Positions 1-12,212 of a stretch of DNA of 64,000 bases are shown here, piece after piece. Where the stretch lies: positions 2,368,001 to 2,432,000 of the forward strand of contig CAVSHF010000003.1 of the NCBI GenBank assembly GCA_963727805.1, in the 5' to 3' direction. The position numbers and the translations under genes were made by a program. The notes below the pieces were generated by a model. It was not told the origin of the DNA. It saw only the letters and a list, made by a program, of their open reading frames with translations, and did no database searches. Each line of letters starts with the position of its first letter. The first letter of the stretch is position 1. Origin of the DNA: an uncultured Nitrospiraceae bacterium. GTDB taxonomy: Bacteria > Nitrospirota > Thermodesulfovibrionia > Thermodesulfovibrionales > Dissulfurispiraceae.

Positions 1-1218
1 GATATCGGGCATGCTTATCCGATCAGGATTCAGAAACCGCTCAAATAGGAGATTGTATTTGATCGGATCAAGCTCGGTGATGCTCAAGCAGTAGGCCACC
101 AGGCTGCCTGCAGCCGATCCTCTGCCTGGTCCGACAGGAATCCCTTTGCTTTTTGCGTACTTGATAAAGTCCCATACAATAAGAAAATAGGATGAAAATC
201 CCATCTTCTTTATGACCTCAAGCTCCATTGTGAGCCTGTCGATATACCCCTGGTCCGGTGCACCTTTGAACTTCGTGTTGAGTCCTTCAAGCGCCAGCTT
301 TTCGAGATAGGCAGAGGGCCTTTGCCCGTCAGGGGGCGTATAACGTGGCAGGAGGAACTTGCCGAGTTCGAACTCGACATTACACCTTTCTGCGATGGCG
401 ATGGTATTTTGTATCGCTTCAGGCACATCGGGGAAGGCCTTCTTCATCTCCTCGGGTGACTTGAAGTAAAGCTCGTCCGTCGAAAAGCGCATCCTCTTTT
501 CGTCCTTGAAAGTCTTGCCCGTCTGTATGCAAAGGAGGATATCGTGGGCTCTGGCATCATCCTTCCTTAAATAGTGGCAGTCGTTCGTTGCAACTAACGG
601 GATATGAAGCTCCTGAGAAAGGGCTATCAGCTTCAAGTTCACCACTTCCTGTTGTGGCATCCCGTTGCTCTGAATTTCAAGATAGAAATTCTCGGGCCCG
701 AGGATATGCTTGTATCTGAGGGCCACTTCGCGGGCCTTGTCGATATTGCCGCTCTGAACATAGTAAGCAACCTCACCCTTAAGGCATGCAGAAAGCCCAA
801 TGAGACCACCGCTGAATTGCTCAAGAAGGTCTTTATCGATCCTGGGCTTATAATAGAAGCCTTCAAGGTATGCCTTGGCGACCATTGCGGTGAGGTTTCG
901 GTACCCGTCAAGATTTCGAGCAAGCAGGATGAGATGAAAGGCAGCCTCTTCGGAGAGATTGTCGATACTCGACTTCACCCGGTCGAAACGGCTCTGCGGA
1001 GCCACATAGACCTCGCAACCGATAATTGGCTTGATTCCCTTCTTCCGCGCCTTTGAATAGAATTCTAAGGCCCCAAAGAGGTTGCCGTGATCGGTGATAG
1101 CCACAGCAGGCATTTGATAGCGCGTTGCCTGCTCTAAAAGCTCTTCGATCTTGATGGCACCGTCAAGGAGGCTGTATTCCGTGTGCAAATGGAGGGGCAC
1201 GAAGTCCGAATGCTGCAT
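1..1218 (-). CDS. dnaE: DNA polymerase III alpha subunit, 5' part (runs off window start)
   Basis: Manual translation: [23 protein letters not shown] (PHP domain) ... [14 protein letters not shown] ... [17 protein letters not shown]. Absent from ORF track because no stop lies in the window. Confidence 0.97.
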   Translation of the reverse strand, partial: MQHSDFVPLHLHTEYSLLDGAIKIEELLEQATRYQMPAVAITDHGNLFGALEFYSKARKKGIKPIIGCEVYVAPQSRFDRVKSSIDNLSEEAAFHLILLARNLDGYRNLTAMVAKAYLEGFYYKPRIDKDLLEQFSGGLIGLSACLKGEVAYYVQSGNIDKAREVALRYKHILGPENFYLEIQSNGMPQQEVVNLKLIALSQELHIPLVATNDCHYLRKDDARAHDILLCIQTGKTFKDEKRMRFSTDELYFKSPEEMKKAFPDVPEAIQNTIAIAERCNVEFELGKFLLPRYTPPDGQRPSAYLEKLALEGLNTKFKGAPDQGYIDRLTMELEVIKKMGFSSYFLIVWDFIKYAKSKGIPVGPGRGSAAGSLVAYCLSITELDPIKYNLLFERFLNPDRISMPDI

Positions 1219-1400
1219 AGAAAATATTACCTTCCCGGCACGCTATTAGTCAATGGGAAACGGGGGGAATAACGGCTTTCCGGCGGCTACCCCAAAGGGA
1301 GAAAAAGGGGATACCGCTTACTTTATGGACCTGAGATGCGGACTCTACAACGGAGAGTGCCTTTGGACCGCGACGAAACATCTCTCTTCTCTTTAAATCT

Positions 1401-2771
1401 CTATTTCTTTATCCCCCACCTTTTCCTCTTTTCCCAAAGCGACTTTCTCGTGATACCGAGCTTCTCGGCGAGTTCCTGTTCGCTGTGTTCCGACTGGTGC
1501 CTGAGGATGAATTCCTTAGTGTATTCTTCGATTGAAAGGGCTTTGCCGTCATGTCCGGGTGCAGGGCTGTGGTTCTTTGCCGCTTCCTGGTTCCGTAGTT
1601 CTTCGGCCAGATGAGACGGCTGAATAATTTCCCCGTCGGCCAGCAGAACTGCCCTCTCGATTATATTCTGCAACTCCCTCACGTTGCCGGGCCATTCATA
1701 CTCCATAAGGAGTTTCATGGTACTTTCATCAATCAATGTGAGTGGTTTGCCTATATCTTTTGCATAGCGTGTAAGAAAGGACGACGCAAGGATGGGGATA
1801 TCGCCTTTTCTTTCTCTTAACGGTGGTATCTTGAGGGTGACCACGTTGAGGCGGTAATAGAGGTCCTCTCTGAATCTACCTTCTCTGACCTCTTTAGTAA
1901 TGTCCCGGTTCGTTGCTGCAACAAACCGGATATCAACCTTCCTCGTCTGGATGCCGCCGAGTGGTCTAATCTCGCGGTCGTCCATCACCCGTAGGAGTTT
2001 TGCCTGGAGCGGTTGGCTCAAGTCACCTATTTCGTCGAGAAAAAGCGTACCGCCATCGGCGGCCTCGAACAGCCCTTTTTTTTGTGAAGCCGCTCCGGTA
2101 AAGGCACCGCGCTCATATCCGAAAAATTCCGACTCGAGGAGTGTCTCGGGAATCGCACTGCAATTAATGGGTATGAAGGGGCCGTTGCGCCGAGGGCTTC
2201 CGGAATGTACCGCCCTGGCAAAAAGTTCCTTACCGGTGCCCGTTTCTCCCACAATTAATACATTACTCCTTGAGTCGGCTACCTTCTTGACTTCTGCGAC
2301 AAGGCATGTCATGACATCGCTGTCTCCCAGGATCCGCGTGAAGTCCAACCGCTTTTCAGGCTCGGACAGTACTGCAAGGGGGTCTGCAACATACGTCCTC
2401 TCCGCAAGTGCGGTCTTAACGCTTAGAAGTGCCTCGTCGTACATCAACGGCTTTAGCAGATAATCGGAAGCGCCGCCTTTGATTGCCTTGAGGGCCGTGT
2501 CCAGTGTTGCACGGGCAGTCATTAGCATGCATATCTTGGCGGGGTCTCGTCCCCTGACCGATCTCATGAATTCAATACCGTCCATACCCGGGAGCATTAT
2601 TTCGGCGATAATCAGGTCATAAGAGAGCTCTTCAAGGAGTTTAAGGGCCGCCTCAGCATTGCCGGTGCAATCGGCCTGATAGCCTTCCTTTGTGAAGACC
2701 CTTTTGAGGGCATCACAACCCTTTTCATCGGGTTCGACAATAAGTATACGCAGTGCCATCTTGACCCTCAA
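1401..2771 (-). CDS. Sigma54-dependent NtrC/AtoC-family regulator (receiver + AAA+ + HTH)
   Basis: GETGTGKE Walker A, GAFTGA loop, LFLDEIG, WPGNVREL, N-terminal receiver fold, C-terminal HTH. Confidence 0.95.
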   Translation of the reverse strand: MRVKMALRILIVEPDEKGCDALKRVFTKEGYQADCTGNAEAALKLLEELSYDLIIAEIMLPGMDGIEFMRSVRGRDPAKICMLMTARATLDTALKAIKGGASDYLLKPLMYDEALLSVKTALAERTYVADPLAVLSEPEKRLDFTRILGDSDVMTCLVAEVKKVADSRSNVLIVGETGTGKELFARAVHSGSPRRNGPFIPINCSAIPETLLESEFFGYERGAFTGAASQKKGLFEAADGGTLFLDEIGDLSQPLQAKLLRVMDDREIRPLGGIQTRKVDIRFVAATNRDITKEVREGRFREDLYYRLNVVTLKIPPLRERKGDIPILASSFLTRYAKDIGKPLTLIDESTMKLLMEYEWPGNVRELQNIIERAVLLADGEIIQPSHLAEELRNQEAAKNHSPAPGHDGKALSIEEYTKEFILRHQSEHSEQELAEKLGITRKSLWEKRKRWGIKK

Positions 2772-2854
2772 AGTTCGAAGACGATCCTGACTCTACTCCA
2801 ACGGGCGTTTAAAAGAAACACAAGTTTTCTTACGGACATCCCGGCTCCTGATAA

Positions 2855-5263
2855 TTATTCTTCGACGACCCTGCCCATGCTGACAATCCTATCTTCAGGA
2901 TCCAGATCCATGAGCTTAACTCCCTGGGTATTTCTTCCTAAAACTGAGATGTTCCGGGTAGGCATTCTGATCACTTTGCCGCCGTTTGTAATAAGGACAA
3001 TCTCGTCTTCGTCTGTCACGCGAATAAGGCCTACAGCGTTCCCACCCTTTTCGACAACCCTGATTGAGATGACGCCCCTACCTCCTCTGCCGTGAACAGG
3101 ATACTCTTCAATATTTGTCCTCTTTCCGAGTCCCTTTTCCGTTACCGTCAGAAGGGACGTCCGCTCCTCAATAACATTGGCTGAAACGACGCCGTCCCCT
3201 TTGGTAAGCCTGATTCCTATGACGCCGCGCGCAGTGCGGCCCACTGACCTGACATCTTCTTCATTGAAACGGATGGCAAGACCTTTACTGGTGCCAATAA
3301 CAAGATCGCTCTTGCCGGAGGTTCTGTTCACGGAGATCAACTCGTCTCCCTCATCGAGAGTGACGGCGATGATGCCTTTTGAGCGCGGGTTGTTGTACTC
3401 GTCGAGTCTCGTCTTCTTCACTATCCCGGCCTTTGTAAACATGACGAGGTAGCCGTCCTTGAAGTCCTTGACACTGATGGCCGTCGATATCCTTTCACCG
3501 TCTGCCAAGGGAAGAAGATTTACAAAGGCCTTTCCTTTAGCCGTTCTGCTGGCCTCAGGTATCTGATACGTCTTCAGCCAATACAGCCTTCCGAGATTGC
3601 TGAAAAAAAGCATATAATCATGGGTCGACCCTATAAAAAGCTGCTCGACGTAATCCTCTTCGCGCGTCTCCATTCCGGTGAGCCCCTTGCCGCCACGGCG
3701 CTGACTCCGATAGGTCGAAAGAGCTAATCGCTTGATATAGCCGTAATGCGTAATTGTTATGACCATCTCCTCTTCGGTGATGAGGTCTTCGATGGTAAGA
3801 TCGGCGGTTTCGGGGACGATCTCGGTCCTTCTCTCGTCCGCGTATTTCGTCTTGATCTCGATCAGCTCGTCCTTGATGATCTGCGAAACAAGTGCCTCGC
3901 TCTCCAAGATGGCCTTAAGACGCTTGATCTCATTGAGTATCTCTTCATAGTCTCTGACTATCTTTTCCCTTTCAAGTCCGGTCAGTCTCTGGAGCCTCAT
4001 ATCGAGTATAGCCTGTGCCTGGATAACCGAAAGAGGGTATTTCTCAATGAGGCCGGCTTTCGCTTCATCAGGGGTCTTCGCCTTCCTGATCAGTGCTATG
4101 ATCTCGTCGAGATGGTCAAGGGCGATCTTGAGGCCTTCCAATATATGCGCCCTCTCTTCGGCCTTTCTCAACTCAAAGCGCGTCCTTCTGATGACAACAT
4201 CCCTGCGATGGCGGAGGAAATATGTAAGCATCTCGTTGAGTTTCAGCACACGGGGCTGGCCCCCCACAATGGAGAGCATGATAATACCGAAAGTGGTCTC
4301 CATCTGAGTGTGCTTATAGAGATTGTTCAGGACTACCTGAGGCACTTCGCCTCGCTTCAGTTCGAGGACTACCCTGACGTTTTCGTCGCGGTCAGATTCA
4401 TCACGTATGTCAGATATGCCTTCTAGCCTCTTTTCCCGGACGAGTTCGGCTATCTTTTCGATCAGCCTCGCCTTGTTCAGCTGATATGGTATTTCAGAGA
4501 TGATGATGCTGTCGCCGCTCTTGGCTTCCCTTTCGATCCGGGCCTTTGCCCTCACCTTTATAATTCCCCTCCCGGTGGTATAAGCGTCAATGATGCCCTG
4601 GGTCCCGTGAATGACAGCGCCCGTCGGGAAATCCGGCCCCTTGACTACAGCAAGCAGTTCGTTGATCGTCGTTTCGGGGTTATTGAGGAGCATGACAAGG
4701 CCGTCAATGACTTCTCCGAGATTATGCGGAGGTATATTCGTCGCCATTCCGACAGCTATACCTGAGGCCCCGTTGATGAGCAAGTTAGGTATCCTGGAAG
4801 GAAGGACAGCCGGTTCTTCAGTGGTCTCGTCGAAATTGGGGATGAAATCTACAGTCTCCTTTTCGATATCGGCAAGCAGTTCCTCGGCTATTTTTGCCAG
4901 TCTTGCCTCGGTATACCTATACGCAGCAGCTGGGTCGCCGTCTAAGGAGCCAAAATTCCCCTGTCCGTCAACAAGGGGATATCTCATGTTGAAGTCCTGC
5001 GCAAGCCTGACCATTGCATCATAGACGGCTGAGTCGCCGTGGGGATGATATTTCTTCAGAACCTCTCCAACAACTCCAGCGCTTTTCGAATATTTCTTAT
5101 TCGGGAGGAGACCCTCTTTATACATCGCATAGAGGATCCTCCTTTGGACTGGTTTAAGGCCATCCCGCACTTCGGGTAGAGCTCTCCCGATGATTACGCT
5201 CATCGCGTAATCGAGATAGCTGACTTTCATTTCTTCTTCTATACTTATTGAGACTCTCGACAT
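2855..5263 (-). CDS. gyrA: DNA gyrase subunit A
   Basis: [31 protein letters not shown], GyrA-box QRRGGKG. Confidence 0.98.
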   Translation of the reverse strand: MSRVSISIEEEMKVSYLDYAMSVIIGRALPEVRDGLKPVQRRILYAMYKEGLLPNKKYSKSAGVVGEVLKKYHPHGDSAVYDAMVRLAQDFNMRYPLVDGQGNFGSLDGDPAAAYRYTEARLAKIAEELLADIEKETVDFIPNFDETTEEPAVLPSRIPNLLINGASGIAVGMATNIPPHNLGEVIDGLVMLLNNPETTINELLAVVKGPDFPTGAVIHGTQGIIDAYTTGRGIIKVRAKARIEREAKSGDSIIISEIPYQLNKARLIEKIAELVREKRLEGISDIRDESDRDENVRVVLELKRGEVPQVVLNNLYKHTQMETTFGIIMLSIVGGQPRVLKLNEMLTYFLRHRRDVVIRRTRFELRKAEERAHILEGLKIALDHLDEIIALIRKAKTPDEAKAGLIEKYPLSVIQAQAILDMRLQRLTGLEREKIVRDYEEILNEIKRLKAILESEALVSQIIKDELIEIKTKYADERRTEIVPETADLTIEDLITEEEMVITITHYGYIKRLALSTYRSQRRGGKGLTGMETREEDYVEQLFIGSTHDYMLFFSNLGRLYWLKTYQIPEASRTAKGKAFVNLLPLADGERISTAISVKDFKDGYLVMFTKAGIVKKTRLDEYNNPRSKGIIAVTLDEGDELISVNRTSGKSDLVIGTSKGLAIRFNEEDVRSVGRTARGVIGIRLTKGDGVVSANVIEERTSLLTVTEKGLGKRTNIEEYPVHGRGGRGVISIRVVEKGGNAVGLIRVTDEDEIVLITNGGKVIRMPTRNISVLGRNTQGVKLMDLDPEDRIVSMGRVVEE

Positions 5264-5646
5264 TTTATTAAAGACCCCTTCTCTTGAGTTAAAAAATTAC
5301 CTTATATTTTACCACATTACCTGCATATTATTATGATTATATTGACTTTCATTGCTAAACTGGTAAGGACCGATCAACAAAAAATATGCCACATATGCTT
5401 TAGAAACGAGCGTATATTAAGTCAGTAAAGCATAGCGTCAGAGATGTAACTGAAATATTCTCTCTATTGGTCGTGTGGATATCGCAATTGCCCACCGCAC
5501 TGGCGATCAGGAGAAGTGCATATAGTCTGCCATAGTTAGGCGGCAAACCTATAGCGCAGAAGGAAAGGATTGGTACACTCTTCCAGATTCCGCGAGAGCG
5601 TAAGGAAAACAGCACTGCATCACGCCCGACTTGCATGTCACTGCCG

Positions 5647-5813
5647 CTTATGCGTCCGGAATTGAAGTTTATGCGTCAACCGATAACATATATATGGGAT
5701 GGCGGATAAGCTGCAATTTCCCCTATATGTAAATCAACGACTTGCAATTTATTTTGGCGCATAAGGGGCTAAAAAGGTGGTAGCTTGGCGCATAAGATGC
5801 AATTTTCTGAAAT
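5647..5813. repeat. Composite repeat site, copy A (5 motif copies, junction, IHF box)
   Basis: Reverse-orientation motifs at 5647-5658 and 5668-5679; forward TTGGCGCATAAG-like motifs at 5699-5710, 5754-5765, 5785-5796; AATCAACGACTTG at 5732-5744. Confidence 0.85.
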
Positions 5814-5919
5814 ACACGCATATCCGGACAATCTGTGTGCATGCGAACTATAGCTTGTCGCTTCTCGATGTCTTTTAGGACAAAAAGAGCCTAACTATGG
5901 ATGACAATGATAACAAATC

Positions 5920-6591
5920 TTACTCAGGTGATCCCGGCTCTTCGGCTTCTGGAACAGCTACGCCCATTAATGGCGCAAAAATAGTATTGGGCATAGAAGA
6001 TGTATTCCTATCAAGGGCTTGCTTTGGCGCAGTGCCGGCAATGGCGGCTGCGGCATCCGAATCGGAATCAGCAGTATCAGGCGTGCTATTGTCAGGCGTG
6101 CTATCCTGTGGTGTTGTAAAACCATAAGGGATATTCTTTTCATATGTCGTGGTAGTAAGTATCTGCTGAGTCTGGCTAAACGCACCCCATGTAAACACCT
6201 CTTCCCCTTTGTGCAGACGTACTGACCAGTTATAACGCGTGTCAGGCATCAGACGCTTTTTAACCTTATGATAATTAACAGTCAGGTTCTGTACACAGTA
6301 GGCAGGTTTTCCCCAACTCGTAGTGCGATATTGTGATATTGACAATCTGGGGCCAACAGGTTCGGGGGTCCAGATGCACATATCGTAGGTTTGGTCTTCC
6401 TCTCTTATATCTTTCCATTGCAATACAGGCTGCAATGAATCAACAACAGGATACTTATCACTATATCCAAGCTCAGGATATAGTGGTCTGGGGCTGTAGC
6501 TGTGATAAATCCTGTGTTCTACGCTGCATCCTGCAGTCATGCTACTTATTATCAGAGCAGCCAAGAAGACTGCCTTATAACCATGTTTCAT
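5920..6591 (-). CDS. Putative lipoprotein of unknown function
   Basis: Signal peptide ending MTAG-C; beta-rich core; low-complexity D/S/T/P/A tail with short tandem repeat DSTPDNSTPD. Confidence 0.75.
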   Translation of the reverse strand: MKHGYKAVFLAALIISSMTAGCSVEHRIYHSYSPRPLYPELGYSDKYPVVDSLQPVLQWKDIREEDQTYDMCIWTPEPVGPRLSISQYRTTSWGKPAYCVQNLTVNYHKVKKRLMPDTRYNWSVRLHKGEEVFTWGAFSQTQQILTTTTYEKNIPYGFTTPQDSTPDNSTPDTADSDSDAAAAIAGTAPKQALDRNTSSMPNTIFAPLMGVAVPEAEEPGSPE

Positions 6592-6631
6592 GGTGCCCCC
6601 CCTAACTAGGATCGGCCAAAAAGCATTGCAC

Positions 6632-6817
6632 TTTATGCGTCAATTTATTGCAACTTATGCTTCACCCGATAAATATCGGTTGAAGCATAAGATGCTTTTT
6701 CCACTCTATAAAAAACAACGACTTACATTCGCAGTTGGCGCATAACGCTGCAATGAATTGGCGCATATGGTGCTAAAAAGCGGGTGAATTGGCGCATAAG
6801 CTGCTTTTTTCTGGAAT
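6632..6817. repeat. Composite repeat site, copy B (6 motif copies, palindromic junction, IHF-like box)
   Basis: Reverse motifs 6632-6643, 6654-6665; junction CCGATA-AA-TATCGG 6666-6679; forward motifs 6680-6691, 6735-6746, 6758-6769, 6789-6800; AAACAACGACTTA 6713-6725. Confidence 0.88.
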
Positions 6818-6907
6818 TAAACTATTAATAAAATTACGGGTTATGCCATCCGAACTACTTCAGAATTGCGAGTCCTTAGCAGTTAATCCTGAGCTGCATG
6901 TCCATCA

Positions 6908-7315
6908 TTAACCTATGGCGCTTACAGAAACGAACAGTCGCTCAGGGTGAGATAGGTTATTGAACATTGCTTTCGGAGCATACAGGTAGTATTGGTGACC
7001 TTCAAGTATAGCCACATATCTAATTGAATTTTTTTTCACTTCATTCAAATCATATTCCCAAAAATCGGATCCAGTCCGAGATGGGATAGTGGTTTTCAGA
7101 GAATCTAATTCTGCTTTTGGTAGATCGGTCTCCGTTATCGTTAGCATAATTTTCTGAGGCCAATTGTTATTTACCTTCATATCTGATAAACGTTGCTTGG
7201 GGGCGTAGAAACTAAACTGCCTGCCCGTATACTCCCACAAATACTGGATAGTTTTTTCATGATCTTCGACATAATCAAGTTCAAACTGAATTGGGCCTTT
7301 CCATTCTTTAGTCAT
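6908..7315 (-). CDS. Hypothetical protein with internal two-fold repeat
   Basis: 135 aa ORF, GAGGAG ribosome-binding site upstream; two I-x-Y...G-x-Q...YAPK...P units. Confidence 0.75.
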   Translation of the reverse strand: MTKEWKGPIQFELDYVEDHEKTIQYLWEYTGRQFSFYAPKQRLSDMKVNNNWPQKIMLTITETDLPKAELDSLKTTIPSRTGSDFWEYDLNEVKKNSIRYVAILEGHQYYLYAPKAMFNNLSHPERLFVSVSAIG

Positions 7316-7407
7316 GGATACACTCCTCTGTTATTAGACAATCATCAACTTTACCAACCTAGATGAACTCGCATCCCACTGGTAGAGGGCGGTGTTAGAC
7401 ATATTGT

Positions 7408-8232
7408 TTATATTCTAAACCACGGTTTATGGTCCCACGGTATTAATCTGCCCCGTTCATTAGCCCGAAAACTCGATAGGAGCCGTCGCTTAAATTTTCC
7501 CCACGGCCCTTTATGTTTCCCTTTGAGTTTTTCCAGTAATTTTAATCTTATTCTTACGTCCAATGAATCAATAATGTCTTGGGTTGCGTAGTGTGCACAT
7601 CGCGTTGGATAAAATTCCGCTGCATAGGTATCGTCATAAGCAAGTTGCGATAGTTGGGTAGCAATAGGTTGCACATTCAGCGCAGCCACGAATAGGCTTC
7701 TTTTCTCAGAGTTGCGATCTTGAACTGACCGGAATCGTTGAGATTTTCTATAATCACGCTGCAGCGCCGCCTGCCTTTCGCTTTCCTCTTTTTCAGAAAG
7801 TCCTATTCGAATCGCTTCATTGTGTCGTACCTTCTTGCTTCTATACTCCAAAAGTGAACTCGAACCGTAATTTTGTGTACCAAAAGGCACATAAGGATTA
7901 TTAGTGTGTGCTAATAGCCAGTCTGCCAGAATGTCAGCGATTAACGTATCCCTTTCTTGAACTGCCCGAAAGATCCAAATTACCGCCGAAACCGAGCCAC
8001 TTGCCCAGCCATCACAATTTACTTCCATGAAGGTAAGACCCTTCGCTAATACAACAATATCTTCGACTTGAAGTTTGTCAGTAACTTTGTTCCAGTCGTT
8101 CCAATGCAATCTATTGAGTCGTCCGTGCGGTCTCATAATTCCCACAATATTCTCTATATTGTCTTTGGATGCCGCATCGTTGACAGCTCGGCCAATCGTC
8201 ATAAGATTTTCAATGAATTGTTTTTTAATCAT
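7408..8232 (-). CDS. Hypothetical protein
   Basis: 274 aa ORF, ATGA overlap with upstream nuclease gene; charged central helical segment. Confidence 0.8.
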   Translation of the reverse strand: MIKKQFIENLMTIGRAVNDAASKDNIENIVGIMRPHGRLNRLHWNDWNKVTDKLQVEDIVVLAKGLTFMEVNCDGWASGSVSAVIWIFRAVQERDTLIADILADWLLAHTNNPYVPFGTQNYGSSSLLEYRSKKVRHNEAIRIGLSEKEESERQAALQRDYRKSQRFRSVQDRNSEKRSLFVAALNVQPIATQLSQLAYDDTYAAEFYPTRCAHYATQDIIDSLDVRIRLKLLEKLKGKHKGPWGKFKRRLLSSFRANERGRLIPWDHKPWFRI

Positions 8233-8762
8233 TTTTTATCTGATTTATTTGCTATTGCCCTGATTTTATCAGTAATGTTTTCGACATATGGTGAGTCAAG
8301 TAGTTTGGGCTTTGCAACAAATACCCATTTAGGAGGAGAATCCTTAGGTTCTGTATAGTTGGCGATCTTCTGAAAATCGGAATGGGAAATTTTCATAGCA
8401 TATTTAACACCCATATCTTCATCGAAGACTATGTAAATCAAGTAGTCGAATGTCTTAGCAGCAATGATTGAGTGCTTTATATACGTCATTGGTACCCTGG
8501 ACCCTTCGAAAATGCGGCCTTTAACTTCAATTCGATCTCCAGAGGCCAGTGTCAAGTCGCGGCCTTCTTTGGCATTGGCCATCCGCGACCCATTAAAGGC
8601 TGTAGCGGCTAAATACTCTGCATACTCTCCAACGGGACTCCCTTTAGATTTTGAAACACCAAGCTTGCTCAGCGCTTCTTTAAGGTAGCGATCCAGAACC
8701 ATGATTTCATTTGGCTCCTTAATTCCGTCTATCATTCTTTTTATTTCTTCTATTTTGCTCAT
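8229..8762 (-). CDS. Putative PD-(D/E)XK restriction-endonuclease-like protein (DUF6998-like)
   Basis: GEYAE ... GRD ... IEVK spacing typical of the PD-(D/E)XK active site; FDYLIYIVFD strand. Confidence 0.7.
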   Translation of the reverse strand: MSKIEEIKRMIDGIKEPNEIMVLDRYLKEALSKLGVSKSKGSPVGEYAEYLAATAFNGSRMANAKEGRDLTLASGDRIEVKGRIFEGSRVPMTYIKHSIIAAKTFDYLIYIVFDEDMGVKYAMKISHSDFQKIANYTEPKDSPPKWVFVAKPKLLDSPYVENITDKIRAIANKSDKK

Positions 8763-8924
8763 AGTTTCACGACAAAGAATGCTGATAAATCTGTTATTTA
8801 TTTGAGATCATAAACATCCGTTTCATTAATACGTTCATTCCTTCTATCCCATTTTCTTGCAACTATAGCACATTTTTAAAATTACTTGATCAACAAATTC
8901 AGATGTTTTCCACCATAATATGTC

Positions 8925-9686
8925 CTATTTATCTGATTTTATATATTTACATCGAGGGTAATCAGCACAGCCTAAAAAAGATGATCCTACATGGACACCT
9001 CTTTTTGCTGTTCTTTGGACTAATTGTCCTCCACACTTAGGGCAAGTCGTCTTCGACTCATACCTGTCTTTTATTGATTCCATATGTGCCTCATAAGTAA
9101 GTGACTTATCATTTTTGACCGATAACAGCTTTGCAGTATACTCTTCAACTTGCTTCTCCGTAAGAATTTCCTGTTTGAATTCTCTTATATATGGAACGAT
9201 CCCACTGTTTAGCACATTAGGGGGCATTGGGCTTTTAAATGTGCAGTCCCCAATGAAGAATATAACTGGATACAGCAAACTGACGTCAATATTGAGGAAC
9301 TCCACTAGGCATTTAATATGTCGGTAATTCTGTTTGAGTGGGTTTTGAAATCGGCTTTTATGCCCATAAATGCTTTGTGTCCACTGTGAATCTTGGGCAT
9401 CCCCAAATATCCAGCCATTAATGTTCTTAGTCTCAACAACAAAAATCCCGTATTTTGAAACCACTATGTGGTCTATTTGTGTTGTCCCATCGGAAGCATT
9501 AATAATAACGTCATCTATACGATGGTATATATTGCTGTCCAGTGCCAGCCACATGCCAGCTGAAACGACTTTTTCACCGGCCCAGCCTTTTCCTTTTTTT
9601 GATTTTAAAAAATAGATTAGTATGAAAGCCGCGAATAGGAAAAGAAAAAAGGGCCACTGGGTTAAAATACCTTTTATTATTGCCAA
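8925..9686 (-). CDS. NERD-domain nuclease with C-terminal topoisomerase-type C4 zinc ribbon
   Basis: N-terminal TM helix, GWAGE, TTQIDHIVVSKYGIFVVETKN, FQNPLKQN, CPKCGG...FLGCADYPRC; TTG start. Confidence 0.93.
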   Translation of the reverse strand: MAIIKGILTQWPFFLFLFAAFILIYFLKSKKGKGWAGEKVVSAGMWLALDSNIYHRIDDVIINASDGTTQIDHIVVSKYGIFVVETKNINGWIFGDAQDSQWTQSIYGHKSRFQNPLKQNYRHIKCLVEFLNIDVSLLYPVIFFIGDCTFKSPMPPNVLNSGIVPYIREFKQEILTEKQVEEYTAKLLSVKNDKSLTYEAHMESIKDRYESKTTCPKCGGQLVQRTAKRGVHVGSSFLGCADYPRCKYIKSDK

Positions 9687-9703
9687 ACCTATAATATAAC
9701 TAA

Positions 9704-12121
<2,418 letters not shown>

Positions 12122-12212
12122 CTACATCATCAAATTCAAAAAGTAAAACGCAAATATTCTAAAATTGTTATCTGATTGTTGAATTTTGATATTTACATTT
12201 TACTTTTTTTTA

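Noticed and set aside
5400..5636. 78 aa ORF next to repeat A
   Set aside because: No RBS or recognisable motif; probably spurious or decayed
5647..6817. CRISPR array or plasmid iteron origin interpretation of the repeats
   Set aside because: Motifs are about 12-19 bp, in both orientations, irregularly spaced, without unique 30-40 bp spacers; no cas or rep gene in the window
7316..7407. Possible integron attC (GTCTAAC just after the stop of the 274 aa gene)
   Set aside because: No matching GTTRRRY with a pairing stem, no similar sites in the other gaps, no integron integrase
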